Notes: a model not told the origin generated them from the letters alone. Shown: positions 50,596 through 61,509, counted from the first letter of the stretch. The stretch is DNA of 64,000 nt from Candidatus Bathyarchaeota archaeon (GCA_963702095.1 OY969706.1:1472001-1536000), one strand, 5' to 3'. Translations and numbers: made by a program.

Positions 50596-52521
50596 CTACT
50601 TTACTTTGTAGTCTTCTGAGTCGACTACGTGTTCGCCTTCAGGGCCTGGAGCGCCGCTTGGCGGCATTTCTGGACCTGGACCTGCGCCGGGTTGGGGACC
50701 AGCTTGACCAGCTTGCTGACCACCCTGTGCTTGCTGTTGTTTTGCGTAGTCTGCGGCTGCTTGCTGGTAGACTTTGGTGCCGACGTCTTGGAGAACTTTC
50801 TGGAGTGCGTCTGATTTGGTTTTGACCACTGCCATGTCGTTGGTTGCCAACGCGTTTTTGAGTTCAGTGACTGCTGCATCGATTTTGGCGACTTCTTCGG
50901 GGCTGATTTTGCCGGCAAGGTCAGCTTTGGTGCGTTCGGCTGTGTAGACGAGGCTGTCGGCTGTGTTGCGGGTTTCGGCTTCTTCTTTCTTCTTGCGGTC
51001 TTGCTCAGCGAATTGTTCGGAGTCTTTGATTAGGCGTTCTTTTTCTTCTTTGCTGAGTTTGGTGGCTGCAGTAATGGTGATTTTTGACTGTTTACCAGTT
51101 CCGCGGTCTTTTGCGGATACGTTTAGGATGCCGTTTGCGTCGATGTCGAAGGTTACTTCGATTTGGGGTACGCCTCTTGGTGCCGGGGGCAAGTCAACGA
51201 GGTTAAACTCACCTAAAGAGACGTTGTCGCCTGCCATTGCGCGTTCGCCCTGCAAAACGTGGATGGTGACCGCTGTTTGGAAGTCTGCGGCTGTGCTAAA
51301 GACTTGACTGCGTTTGGTGGGTATGGTGGTGTTTTTGTCCATGACTTTTGTCATGACGCCGCCCATGGTTTCAACGCCCAAGCTTAGGGGGGTTACGTCG
51401 AGGAGCAGTAGGTCGGTGACTTCGCCTGTTACGACGGCTGCCTGAATGGCTGCGCCGATGGCGACGCTTTCCATGGGGTCGATTCCACGTTCAGGTGATT
51501 TGCCCAAGATTTGCTCAACGAAGCGCTGTACAAGGGGCATTCTGGTCATGCCGCCGATTAAGATGATTTTATCCACTTGTTGTGGTGTCAGTTTAGCGTC
51601 TTCGAGTGCTTTTAGCAGTGTAGGTCTGGTTTTGTCGACGATGGGTTGTGCGAGTGATTCCAGCTTTGTCCTTGTTAGGGTCATGTGTAGGTGTTTTGGT
51701 CCTGATGCGTCAGCAGTTAAGAACGGCAAATCGATGTCTGTGCTCATCAATGTTGAGAGCTCGATTTTGGCTTTTTCAGCTGCGTCCTTTAGTCTTGGCA
51801 TTGCCATGCGGTCGTTGGAGACGTCTACGCCTGTTTGGCGTCTGAATTCGTCGAGAATGTAGCCCACGACTGCTTTGTCGACGTCTGTTCCGCCAAGCTG
51901 TGTGTCGCCGCTAGTAGACAGCACCTGAAAGACTCCTTTGCCAAAGTCCATCAAGGTTACATCATGAGTGCCGCCGCCGAAACTAAAGACAAGAATCTTC
52001 ATTTCATGCTGAAGTTTGTCGATGCCATAAGCAAGGCATGCTGCGGTGGGTTCGTTGATGATGCGCATAACTTGGAAGCCTGCGATTTCGCCTGCGTCTT
52101 TGGTTGCCTGTCGCTGGTTGTCATTGAAGTGGGCTGGGACTGTGATAACGGCTTGGTTTATGGTTGTGCCCAGATAGGTTTCAGCGTCTTTTTTGATTTT
52201 TTGCAGTATGAAGGCGCTGATTTGCTGTGGAGTGTATTCTTTGCCGTAGATGTGGGCTTTGTAGTCGCTGCCCATTTTACGTTTAATTTCAAATACTGTG
52301 CCTTCTGGGTTGGTGGTGGCTTGGCGTTTCGCGGGTTCGCCTACCAAGAGTTGCCCTTCTTTTGTGAAGGCAACTACTGACGGGAACATTTTGCCTGCCA
52401 TAGTGGGGCCTTCCGCGCTTGGAATCACCGATGCGTGTCCGCCCTCATAGATGGCTGCGGCTGAATTGGTTGTTCCTAGGTCGATTCCTAAGACTTTTTG
52501 GGTTTTTTGGTTATTACTCAT
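50596..52521 (-). CDS. dnaK: Chaperone DnaK (Hsp70)
   Basis: [44 protein letters not shown]. Confidence 0.99.
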   Translation of the reverse strand: MSNNQKTQKVLGIDLGTTNSAAAIYEGGHASVIPSAEGPTMAGKMFPSVVAFTKEGQLLVGEPAKRQATTNPEGTVFEIKRKMGSDYKAHIYGKEYTPQQISAFILQKIKKDAETYLGTTINQAVITVPAHFNDNQRQATKDAGEIAGFQVMRIINEPTAACLAYGIDKLQHEMKILVFSFGGGTHDVTLMDFGKGVFQVLSTSGDTQLGGTDVDKAVVGYILDEFRRQTGVDVSNDRMAMPRLKDAAEKAKIELSTLMSTDIDLPFLTADASGPKHLHMTLTRTKLESLAQPIVDKTRPTLLKALEDAKLTPQQVDKIILIGGMTRMPLVQRFVEQILGKSPERGIDPMESVAIGAAIQAAVVTGEVTDLLLLDVTPLSLGVETMGGVMTKVMDKNTTIPTKRSQVFSTAADFQTAVTIHVLQGERAMAGDNVSLGEFNLVDLPPAPRGVPQIEVTFDIDANGILNVSAKDRGTGKQSKITITAATKLSKEEKERLIKDSEQFAEQDRKKKEEAETRNTADSLVYTAERTKADLAGKISPEEVAKIDAAVTELKNALATNDMAVVKTKSDALQKVLQDVGTKVYQQAAADYAKQQQAQGGQQAGQAGPQPGAGPGPEMPPSGAPGPEGEHVVDSEDYKVK

Positions 52522-52546
52522 TTTTGTTTTTTCCTCCAATTTTTTG

Positions 52547-53071
52547 TTACTTTGATTTTGGTTTTGCTACTCTAACGATGCTTGGTCTAAGCACCTTATC
52601 CTTCATCATGTAGCCTTTCCGGATTTCCTCAATAACAGTGCAATCCTTCACGTCGTCACGTTCCTCCACAGCGATGGCGTTGTGGCGACACGGGTCAAAA
52701 AGTGTGCCCTCGGTGCACTCTATTGGAGAGACGCCTTCTTGCTCAAGAACCTTTCTTAGCTTCTTAAGCGTCATCTCTACGCCCTCCACCAGCGACTTCT
52801 GCTGGTTTTCAGAGTCATTAGCGACTTTTACCGCTAACTCTAATTCGTCAACGACTTCGAGCAACTCAACGATTATGCGTTCAGTGCAGTATTTCTTAAC
52901 ATGTTCGGTTTCTCTGTCGAAACGTTTCTTTAGGTTTTCAAAATCCGCTTGCAGGTACTGCAGTCGGGTTAGGTAATCTTCAGAGCGTTTCTTTTCTCCT
53001 TCGAGGAGCTTTTGGAAATCTTCTGCGCCCGCTTCGTTATTTGCTTGGGGTCCATTGTTTTCTTCAACCAT
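52547..53071 (-). CDS. grpE: Nucleotide exchange factor GrpE
   Basis: [22 protein letters not shown]. Confidence 0.97.
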   Translation of the reverse strand: MVEENNGPQANNEAGAEDFQKLLEGEKKRSEDYLTRLQYLQADFENLKKRFDRETEHVKKYCTERIIVELLEVVDELELAVKVANDSENQQKSLVEGVEMTLKKLRKVLEQEGVSPIECTEGTLFDPCRHNAIAVEERDDVKDCTVIEEIRKGYMMKDKVLRPSIVRVAKPKSK

Positions 53072-53088
53072 TTGCTATGAGTCTCCGT

Positions 53089-53484
53089 TTATGAGATGTA
53101 TTTCTGCTTTTTTTGGTTTTGTGGGGTTGGTTGCTCAGGTAGGACAGGGGTTTGCTTTTTGAATGGGTCCGGGTTGAGGTTGGTTTGTTCGACGAGTTTT
53201 CTGAAGATGATTTCTGCGACTTGGTCTCCGACTGCGTCTTCTTTTAATTCTGAGTTGAAGGCGTGTTTTTTGAAGGATTCGACGATTTCGTTTTTGTCGA
53301 TGACTACGTTGGGGTTTGTTACGTCTGTCCATGCTGCGGTCATGACTTTGTGTCCGAGTTCTAGGAAGATGTTGATCATTGTGGTGTAGTCTATGTCTAG
53401 GGGGGTGTCTCCTGTTAAGAAGCGTCCTTTTGTCAGTAGGATTTTTTTGTCGTTTTCTGGTGTTACTGTTATGCTTCTTCGCAT
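53089..53484 (-). CDS. Hypothetical protein with ribbon-helix-helix-like N-terminus, heading grpE-dnaK
   Basis: GGTGA SD before ATG 53484; MRRSITVT (strand)-helix-DYTTMINIFLELG (helix); 17 bp from grpE. Confidence 0.7.
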   Translation of the reverse strand: MRRSITVTPENDKKILLTKGRFLTGDTPLDIDYTTMINIFLELGHKVMTAAWTDVTNPNVVIDKNEIVESFKKHAFNSELKEDAVGDQVAEIIFRKLVEQTNLNPDPFKKQTPVLPEQPTPQNQKKQKYIS

Positions 53485-53502
53485 TCTTTTCACCGATGTT
53501 GC

Positions 53503-53560
53503 GTGCACAACTGCACCGCTTCACCTACTGCACACCTGTGCAGGCTTGCTTATAAATATT
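53503..53560 (-). promoter_or_regulatory. TATA box with two palindromic operator-like sites
   Basis: Minus-strand TTTATAA at about 53550-53556; CTGCACA-cc-TGTGCAG 53528-53543; GTGCA-caac-TGCAC 53503-53516. Confidence 0.6.
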
Positions 53561-53690
53561 CTGCAAACAAAAAACAATCCGAACATGCCAGACAAACAAA
53601 CATAAGAGCGCCCCACTAAACTGGATAAAGATTGCTGCCACCCCAAATTTCCTTTTCCATTGAAAGCAGCGTATTAGAATTCCTCATCTT

Positions 53691-53868
53691 GCATGCTTCC
53701 ACATCCACAAGCTGCGACTGTAACATAGAAGCATGTTGGGCGTGTGGAAGAAATCGCTTATGCCACACCGAAACAGACGTTTAGGCGCAATGCAGCAGCC
53801 AAAAGCAACGTTTACATCAAGCAATCTTGTGATGCCCCATAAACTGCCAAACCCATAAAGAGAGAAGA
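53691..53868 (-). repeat. Dispersed intergenic repeat family B, copy 3
   Basis: Reverse complement ttctctctttatggg..ggcagttt..cacaaga..ctgtttcggtgtggcata..ccacacgcccaacatg..atgtggaagcatg. Confidence 0.8.
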
Positions 53869-54031
53869 AGATAACAAGAACCTAAAACCGAACATAGAAA
53901 CATGCCAATGGCTAAGTTCAGGAAACACATAAGAATCCAACATCAACTATACCATGATACACGTCCGAAATGGGTCTTCTATCGACTTTCTCCACAACCC
54001 ATTTAACTGTCCAAACGGATTTTTAACCGAA

Positions 54032-55192
54032 ATGACCACCTCCCAATTGCCATCAACGCCAAAAACGAAATCTACGAGTTCTGCCAAACAATACCTAAAG
54101 ATTGCTATTCAAGTCGTATTCGTCATTGCCCTTGGAGCTGCGTTGTTCTGGTACATCGGAACTACAGTGCCTGCTGACTTCAACCCTGGTGAACCAACAA
54201 TCATAAGAGGTGTACATTACCTCTTCAACACCATAATCACTCTAAACATAGGCTACTTGATTTTAGCGTTTGTAATGTACTTCGGCATAAACGTCTTCTT
54301 TACCATCCGGCTCAGGCGAGTTTTAGCTAAAGACAACATCAAAACCTCCTTCGGCAAAACCCTACTCGCCCAATACGCAGGCATGCTCACAAGCGACGTC
54401 ACTCCCGGACGCTCAGGATACATCTTAACCCCCGTTTACCTAAGAGACCAAAATATCCCCTCTTCAAAGAGTCTCTCCAGTGTACTGGGAATACAAACCA
54501 TAGAGTTCATGGTTAAAGTCATAGGCGGCTTAGGAGCAGTAATCTATTTAGTCACCTTTGTGCCTGCCGCAACATGGAATGAGGTGTTCAAGCAAACAAT
54601 AATGGGAGTTAACATCGGCTTATTGCTTGCCATCGTAGGAATTGTCTTGATGCTCACAGGCGCGATATTGCTGGCAGCTTTCACATGGTCAGAACGCGCC
54701 ATCTCCTTGTTTGACCGCATCGCAAAATCCCGCTTCCTCAAAAGATTCACCGGCGGCTTAATGGGCAAACTTGAAGAATACAAAGACAGTTCCCACCACA
54801 CTCAACGGGCAATCCCCGAAATCATCGCCCTAACCATGGCGTGCTGGGTACTCAAAGGGTTCGAATGGTACTTCTTAGGGTTAGCCTTAGGAATCACAAA
54901 CGTGCCATGGATAGCTTTCTTCCTGATTCACCCACTGGTGACCGCGTTGGCGTTTATCCCCATAACTCCCGCAGGAATCGGCGTTCAAGAATTCGGCATC
55001 ATCGGCATCCTTGGACTCTTAGGTGTCCCCCTGGCTTTAGCAGCAGTGTTTGCACTACTTGCCCGCGGCTTACTTATAATCGAAGACCTCGTTGGGCTTC
55101 CGCAGATCGTTAAATCTACAAGCCTCATTTTTTCACGCGGCAAAAAACCCGCCGAACCTCCCGCGCCCCCAATGCAGACGCCTACCCTCTAA
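54032..55192 (+). CDS. Lysylphosphatidylglycerol synthase TM / flippase-like (UPF0104) membrane protein
   Basis: SDVTPGRSG, IPITPAGIGVQE; multi-TM. Confidence 0.85.
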   Translation: MTTSQLPSTPKTKSTSSAKQYLKIAIQVVFVIALGAALFWYIGTTVPADFNPGEPTIIRGVHYLFNTIITLNIGYLILAFVMYFGINVFFTIRLRRVLAKDNIKTSFGKTLLAQYAGMLTSDVTPGRSGYILTPVYLRDQNIPSSKSLSSVLGIQTIEFMVKVIGGLGAVIYLVTFVPAATWNEVFKQTIMGVNIGLLLAIVGIVLMLTGAILLAAFTWSERAISLFDRIAKSRFLKRFTGGLMGKLEEYKDSSHHTQRAIPEIIALTMACWVLKGFEWYFLGLALGITNVPWIAFFLIHPLVTALAFIPITPAGIGVQEFGIIGILGLLGVPLALAAVFALLARGLLIIEDLVGLPQIVKSTSLIFSRGKKPAEPPAPPMQTPTL

Positions 55193-55213
55193 AAGTTAAC
55201 GTTCATAAATTTC

Positions 55214-55732
55214 ATGCAACCATTAATTTTGGGATATTGGTTGTCTGCGTTTCTGATACATGAAGCCACTGCCGCTGATTTGCCAAGGATAAGAGAAATC
55301 ATAGCCTTATCATTTCCCTACTTCGGTGTGTTCGCCGACCACAGCGTATCTAACCTATCGGAGCCGGTGCTGGTAAGTGAAGCCGACGGAGTGGTAATGG
55401 GTTTTGTGAAGCTCACAGAATTCAAAGTTGGCGATGTAAAATGCGGCTGTATCTTGTGGATTGCCGTTCACCCCCTATATCGGCGCAAGGGAGTTGCCTT
55501 GGGCTTAACCTGTCAGGGCGTCAGGTGCCTCAAGGCGTCTGGGGCACAATTGATTTTTGCTTCGACACAGCAAAGAAACGTTGGGGCCAGAACTACTTTG
55601 AGCAAGGCAGGGTTTATACAGGTGGGTTTTTTGGGTTTGATGCGGCTTTTTGGTTGGCGCGTTTTTAATTTCTATCGGGAAATGTGGTATGCTCCCGGCG
55701 AGATTATTTTGTTGCACGGGGTTTATTGTTGA
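55214..55732 (+). CDS. GNAT-family acetyltransferase
   Basis: IAVHPLYRRKGVA motif A; N..A...KAGF. Confidence 0.85.
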   Translation: MQPLILGYWLSAFLIHEATAADLPRIREIIALSFPYFGVFADHSVSNLSEPVLVSEADGVVMGFVKLTEFKVGDVKCGCILWIAVHPLYRRKGVALGLTCQGVRCLKASGAQLIFASTQQRNVGARTTLSKAGFIQVGFLGLMRLFGWRVFNFYREMWYAPGEIILLHGVYC

Positions 55733-55851
55733 TGTGTATTTCAGGTCTGTATGGTAGATCCGAATTCAGAAATATTTATTTAGTAAGACATAATACACAC
55801 TACGTATTCCCCGGTTTTCCGTGGAAATTGAACGAATGAGAGATTGAGAGC

Positions 55852-56124
55852 ATGAGTAAAAAACGGGTCAAAGTAGACTCTGGATCTGATGTAGTTGAGC
55901 CAAAGTCTGATTCGGCTGAGCCCTACTTCTATGTGGGTTTGGTGTTGAAGGGAACTGAAAAGCAGTATGTGAATTTGTTAAAGTATGTTAGTAGCCGCAA
56001 TGGTTCTAGGATTATCTATCAATGTAAGTCTTTGACTTATCTGCGTGTTTCCCGTGAGGACCAAGCGAGACTTAAGGCGGTTGTTGCTTGTCCGGATGAG
56101 TTAGCGGTTTCGGAGGAGCGCTAG
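55852..56124 (+). CDS. Small hypothetical protein
   Basis: ATG after an AT-rich promoter-like region; abuts the next gene. Confidence 0.6.
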   Translation: MSKKRVKVDSGSDVVEPKSDSAEPYFYVGLVLKGTEKQYVNLLKYVSSRNGSRIIYQCKSLTYLRVSREDQARLKAVVACPDELAVSEER

Positions 56125-56622
56125 ATGTGTTGCTCGCTTCTGCGGCATTTGACTTTTCGGCGTTTTCTGCGTAACACTAAAGCGTTAGGCGCCCCTGTTG
56201 GCAACCTTATCATACTTATCGCGGCAGTCGCGCTTTCAACCACCGTCGTGCTGTTTGCTTTCAACGTCACATCCAACCAAGTTCAAAAAGAGAGTCTCTA
56301 CATTGCAGGGTCAACTTTGGACCCGGAAAAAGCAGTCATAAGCGTCGTAAATACGGGTCCCACCTCGATTCGGATTTCTCAAATAACCATTAAAGGCGAC
56401 CGCTTCAGCGACGGCAACTTTACCAGTTCACCCGACATCTCTGCAGGCCTTCCAAAAGGCGACTCAGCAACCATAACGGTAACGTTGACTTCAGACGAAC
56501 TAATCACCATAAACGACGTAGGCCGACCCATCACCATAGTGGTTTCAACAACCCAAGCAACATACCTCACCGAAACCCTAGTGCAAACCACAGAAGCAGA
56601 ACCGCCCGCACAAGAACCCTAA
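56125..56622 (+). CDS. Archaeal type IV pilin/archaellin-like protein
   Basis: Class III signal RNTKA|LGAPVGNLIILIAAVALS followed by an Ig-like domain (VVNTG..I.QI.I). Confidence 0.75.
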   Translation: MCCSLLRHLTFRRFLRNTKALGAPVGNLIILIAAVALSTTVVLFAFNVTSNQVQKESLYIAGSTLDPEKAVISVVNTGPTSIRISQITIKGDRFSDGNFTSSPDISAGLPKGDSATITVTLTSDELITINDVGRPITIVVSTTQATYLTETLVQTTEAEPPAQEP

Positions 56623-56696
56623 ACCGAAAACCGCCAAAAAGCCACTCAACTTCAAAATCTTCCTACCTTTTCGATTCTGCACTGTGGGGCAATGGG

Positions 56697-56881
56697 TTTT
56701 TTCTCTTTGTGTGGGTGTGGTGTGGCGGTTTGTGGGGTGCCGCAAGATGGCGGTTGGGGGCGTTTGTGTTTTGGGGTTGCAACGTTTTTCTTTGTCTGTT
56801 TTGGTGTGGGAAGTGCGTTTTCTTTCACATTCGGTGCATGGTTATATGTTGAAGCCTTCTCGGTGTGTATGTGAATGCATG
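56697..56881 (+). repeat. Dispersed intergenic repeat family B, copy 4
   Basis: ttctctttgtgtgggtgtgg..ggggtgccgcaaga..ttgcaacgtttttc..tgtgtatgtgaa. Confidence 0.85.
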
Positions 56882-58942
56882 ATGAATCTGATTACGCCCC
56901 GTTAGATTACTCAGAGATTTTCGGCGGCAGATACGCTGTATTTGGCTGTAGGTTGCTTTACGGTTTATTTTGGGGGTGGGTAAACGTACCGTGAAGGTGG
57001 TGCCTTTGCCCTGTTGGCTTTCAAAGGTTATGGTGCCGCCTAAGGATTCAGTCATGCGTTTAACCACTGGCAAACCAAAGCCTTGCCCCTTGGATTTAGT
57101 TGTAAACATGAGGGTGAACATTTTACCTTTTACTTCTTCAGGGATGCCCACACCGGTATCTCCCACGGATAGGACTGTGTCGCCTGCTTGTTTGTACGCT
57201 TGTATAGTTAATTCGCCTCCATTAGGCATAGCTTGAACCGCGTTAGTAACCAAATTGTACAGAATGCGGTTAAGGTAATAGGAGTCCGCAGTGATTTTCG
57301 CTGCTTCATCGTCAACCCAAACGTTTACTGCTATGTTTTCTGGCAGGTTCTTTTCGAAGAGTTTCGCAACAATCTCCCGTAAATCACTCTGCTCTTCCTT
57401 AGGGTTAAGCGGTCTAGCGTAGTCTTGAAGGTCCTGCACTATTTTGTTGATGTAATCGATGTTTTTTTCAATTTCCCGCAAACTCTCAAACGCGTTTTTC
57501 TTCTCATCACTGTCTGGAATGGAATCCAATTCACTCATAGCTAAGAAAACATCGCTGACAATTGCCTGCAACGGATTACGAATGTCATGCCCAACCATGC
57601 CTGCTGTGGCGCCAATAGCTGCTAACCGCTCCTTATCATATAGTTGCTTTTCTAGATTCTTGCGGTCAGTAATGTCTCTGGCGGCTGCAAAAACACCTTT
57701 AACTTCTCCTTTGTCATCGTAATAGATGCTTGCGTTGTAGAGAACATCAGCGATATTCCCCGATTTAGCCCTAATGGATAACGAGTAATCTTTAACAAAA
57801 CCTTCAGTAAAGACCATCTTATAACCCGCCTCCGCCTTTGCTTTGTTAGTAAAATAGTCCGAGAAGTCACTTCCAACCAATTCTGCCCTAGAACGACCAG
57901 TTATTGATTCAGTGGCTTTGTTAACATCTGTAATTTTGCCCTCGGAATTTATGGTTACTAACGGGTCAAGACTTGCCTCAATTAGGTTCCGAGCATAAAT
58001 TTCACTATTCACCAATTTCTCGGTTCGTTCCTTAACAAGCTCTTCCATTCGGCAGGCATACTCTTCAACTTCCGCAGCTTTCTCCTCAAGCTTAACCTGG
58101 GTTTTTTCCAGCTGCAGAGTACGCTCTTTTAGTTCTTCTTCAGTTTTCTTTAGCGCGGTTATATCGACAAACGCTGAGAGGCACCCGCGAACCTTCCCTT
58201 CATCATCCAATAACGGTTTGGCGCTGCCGAGTATTGCCCTTTTTCTACCGCTTGGCGTTAGAACCTCCAGTTCAGAATTTTTGATTTCCTTATTTTTTGC
58301 TGCAGCTTCCTGCATTGGCAGCTCTTGTGGCAATAGTTCTTTTCCGTTTCTGAAAAAGCGGCGAGTAACGTCTTGTTCTTTGCCGCTGGCGGGTCCAGCA
58401 GAAACGTTTTCTCCGCCAACTGCTTCATAGAAGGGGTTAGCTGTCTGGTTTCCAACAATGACTTTGCATTTCTAGGTCATTGGATACCCAAACAGCCGCT
58501 GGGATAATGTCCATGAGTTTTTGGAGTTCTTCGGCACGGTGGCGGGCTTGTTCTTCGCTTTGTTTAAGGGCTTGCTCTGCTTTCTTTTGTTCAGTGATAT
58601 CTCTGCCTATTCCGATTACGATTTGTTTTTCTACAAGAGGATGAGAATTCCAAGATATCCATCTGTAAGCGCCATTTTTGCATCTATAGCGGTTTTCAAA
58701 GCGGACTGCATTTTTGCCTTCAACGTTGCTTTGCGCTTCTTTTGCAGAAGCTGCACGGTCGTTGGGGTGAAGAAAATCCATGAATGATTTGCCGAGGACT
58801 TCTTCGTTTTTCCAACCAAGCAGTCTCTCAAAAGAAGGGCTAACCTGCACGAAAAGATTATCAAATCCGACAATGACAAGTAAATCCATAGAATACTCTA
58901 AAAAAGTTCGCTTGCTTCATTCGGCAAAGAAGCATGGTTCAT
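56825..58942 (-). pseudogene. Multi-PAS sensor histidine kinase, interrupted by two frameshifts (about 58470 and about 58902)
   Basis: GHDIRNPL H-box, NLVTNAVQA, DTGVGI, GQGFGL; PAS/PAC repeats; ORFs 58437-58889 and 56825-58333 join after removing one base. Confidence 0.8.
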
Positions 58943-59136
58943 GCGAGATGCCTTGTACTTTCATTAACGTGGACAAGAAATAAGTCTTTCTTATTTCGCC
59001 GAGGGTTTATCAGGTCGGGAAAACAGAAATTAGTGCAAGCGGTTGTGCGGTGCTCTCATTCTAAAAACGCTTACAAAAAACGGTCTAACATAGAATGTTA
59101 CTGAAAAAGCGAATTTAAATAATCTAAGTTAGAAAT

Positions 59137-59292
59137 TGGTCGGGAGAGCAGGATTTGAACCTGCGACGGCTCGGTATCTGTGGCACTAGACAGGCTAGAA
59201 TGAAGCCCACCATGGGTAGACCTCTACAGCTTCTCCGTCCAGTGGCGTCTGCCAATGGGCTCGAGAGCTCTGCCAGGCTGAGCTACCTCCCG
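59137..59292 (-). tRNA. tRNA-Tyr(GTA) with two introns (30/31: 59231-59261; 37/38: 59176-59223), CCA encoded
   Basis: Cloverleaf CGGGAGG/TCTCCCG with C1:G72 and A73; T arm GCAGGTTCAAATCCTGC; anticodon arm CTCGG-CTGTAGA-CCGAG after removing 31- and 48-nt inserts. Confidence 0.88.
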
Positions 59293-59416
59293 ACACAGAA
59301 ACCATAAAGACAATGAGTAAGAATTTATGTGTTTTGGAAAAGTACATTGCATAGGTGACATACTAAACGTTTTAATCTGTTAGGCAGAGTGAAATTAACC
59401 TTAGAGGCGCATATTA

Positions 59417-60382
59417 TTGGCTAAGACTATCGGTATTGTTACGTCAGGCGGAGACGCCCCCGGCATGAACGCAGCCATCCGCGGAGTCACAAGAGTTGGA
59501 CACTCAAAAGGCTTCAACATAATCGGATTCGAACGCGGCTGGGACGGACTGTTAACCAACACTTTCAAGCATCTGGGCCCCAGAAACGTCGGCGGCATCA
59601 TCCAAGTCGGCGGCACCATGCTCCACACCCTACGCTGCCCCGCCTTTGAAGAACCAGCCAGCATCGACGTTGCTGCGGAAACCCTGCGGCAAAACAACGT
59701 GGACGCCTTGGTGGTTATCGGCGGCGACGGTTCCTTTAGGGGCGCACTGGATTTGCACAAGCATTCCGGCGTATCCGTCATGGGTATCCCAGCAACCATC
59801 GACAACGACGTGTATGGCACCGACGAAACCATAGGCTTTGACACAGCAGTCAACACCGCAGTAGGTGCCATCGACAAAATCCGTGACACAGCCATAAGCC
59901 ACGAACGCGTATTCATCGTGGAGGTCATGGGCCGAAAAAGAGGCTTCCTTGCATTGCAAGTCGGGATCTGTGTGGGTGCAGAAGTGATTTTGATACCTGA
60001 GAACCCCATGACAACCTGCGATGTCATCAAGGTTATGGAGGAGAATAGCAGAAAAGGCAAACGCGCCGGCATAATCGTGATGGCGGAGGGTTTTGGAGAT
60101 TCAAGCAAGCTTGCAGCGGATATGCAGCGGCAAACCGCATCGGAGGTGCGTCTCTCCATCATAGGTTACTCGCAACGCGGCGGCAGCCCAACAGCCAGAA
60201 GCCGCTTGCTCGCCAGCCTGTTTGCGGAGCACGCGGTGGATTTGATCAGCCAAGGCAAAGACAACATGGCGGTTGGTTTACAGAACGGCAAAGTAACCCA
60301 CATTCCTCTTGAAGAGTCCGCGCATGGCAAAAAAACCTTGGATCTGCGGATGCTGAAAATAGCAGAGATGCTTGCGATTTAA
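59417..60382 (+). CDS. pfkA: Bacterial-type ATP-dependent 6-phosphofructokinase
   Basis: TSGGDAPGMNAA, GGDGS, PATIDND, GFDTA, EVMGR, QRGG. Confidence 0.95.
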   Translation: MAKTIGIVTSGGDAPGMNAAIRGVTRVGHSKGFNIIGFERGWDGLLTNTFKHLGPRNVGGIIQVGGTMLHTLRCPAFEEPASIDVAAETLRQNNVDALVVIGGDGSFRGALDLHKHSGVSVMGIPATIDNDVYGTDETIGFDTAVNTAVGAIDKIRDTAISHERVFIVEVMGRKRGFLALQVGICVGAEVILIPENPMTTCDVIKVMEENSRKGKRAGIIVMAEGFGDSSKLAADMQRQTASEVRLSIIGYSQRGGSPTARSRLLASLFAEHAVDLISQGKDNMAVGLQNGKVTHIPLEESAHGKKTLDLRMLKIAEMLAI

Positions 60383-61509
60383 CCTTCAATTGTTTTCTTT
60401 TTTATCTTTGCCGCGAGGTAAATGCCGGATGCGGCTCCAATTAGCGGAAGTAGCGGCCAAAGCTGTAACTCTGGCACTGTCGGCGACGGGTTTGGTCCAG
60501 AGTAGTCGGCGGGGATATATTGTGCGTTTATTTCAAAGAAGCCTTCGTTTGACTGTGCTAAGCCGCCGACAACATAAATTGTGTCGTCTAGAACGGTTGC
60601 TGAGAGGTATTCGATGATCCAGTCATGGGTTGTCGGGAAAGGCTCACCGGAGCTCCACTGATCTGTTTTTGGGTCATAAATTTGGGTAGCATTCGTAATG
60701 TAGTTTGCTGTTCTGCCGCCTATGACGTAGATTCGGGGTTCTGCGTAGGCGCCGGTTGTTGCAACAGCGGGTGCACCAGAAACAATTATGGGCAGACCCG
60801 CGCCTGTGTGCCACTTGTTGGTTTGGACGTTGAAAATTTGGTTTGCTGCGATGCTGCCGCCCGTAACATAGATTTTACCATCCAACGCCGCAGAGGAGTA
60901 ACCGTGAACTTTGGTAGGAATCGACGCTGCGGTGCTCCATGTGTCTGTTTGGGGATCATACACTTCGGTGACATCAGTGTATTTGGGTGCAGGCGGGCTA
61001 TTCTCTGCCAATCCACTAACAACATAGATTTTGCCATCAACAACGTTTGCAGCTATAGAGGACCGTGGGGTTGGCATGGCGGCTTTGGTGGTCCAAGAGT
61101 CGGTTGCGGCGTCATACATCTGGTTTGTTTGGCTGATGATTATACTGTATGTGGTGTCTTCGTTGTGGTCGTAGACTGTGCCGCCGATGACGTAAACCTT
61201 GTCTCCGCATGCGGCGAGGGCGTAGTGGACTCTTCCTTCGGCATCTGCATCGGTTAGGGGCATCGGGGTCTTCTTGGTCCAACTGTCCGCTGCAGGGTCG
61301 TAGACGTAGGTTAAAGCGGAGTCGCCGTTGTTGCCAAAAGCGTAGATTTTGCTGTCCACTGTAGCTAAGCCGAAGATGTTCATGGATTCGGGGATAGCGG
61401 CTCTTAGTACCCAGTAGTCGCCCTCAGCCGCAGCAGGCGAAATGGTTGAACTGCAAGAAATCGCCAGGACCATGAGGCAAATGAATGCAAGAGTACCGCG
61501 TTTACTCAT
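60379..61509 (-). CDS. Kelch-repeat surface protein with PEF-CTERM-like anchor
   Basis: Signal peptide; repeated IYV.GG..YDP..D.W; C-terminal TVPEL + TM + KIKKK. Confidence 0.88.
   Translation of the reverse strand: MSKRGTLAFICLMVLAISCSSTISPAAAEGDYWVLRAAIPESMNIFGLATVDSKIYAFGNNGDSALTYVYDPAADSWTKKTPMPLTDADAEGRVHYALAACGDKVYVIGGTVYDHNEDTTYSIIISQTNQMYDAATDSWTTKAAMPTPRSSIAANVVDGKIYVVSGLAENSPPAPKYTDVTEVYDPQTDTWSTAASIPTKVHGYSSAALDGKIYVTGGSIAANQIFNVQTNKWHTGAGLPIIVSGAPAVATTGAYAEPRIYVIGGRTANYITNATQIYDPKTDQWSSGEPFPTTHDWIIEYLSATVLDDTIYVVGGLAQSNEGFFEINAQYIPADYSGPNPSPTVPELQLWPLLPLIGAASGIYLAAKIKKKTIEG

Noticed and set aside
56825-59140. Integrated element at the tRNA-Tyr 3' end
   Set aside because: No integrase and no duplicated tRNA 3' att site seen in the window
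59401-60162. Long antisense or alternative-frame ORFs (also 8301-8915, 11837-12469, 60625-61257, 51835-52380)
   Set aside because: Shadows of well-supported genes with no independent motifs
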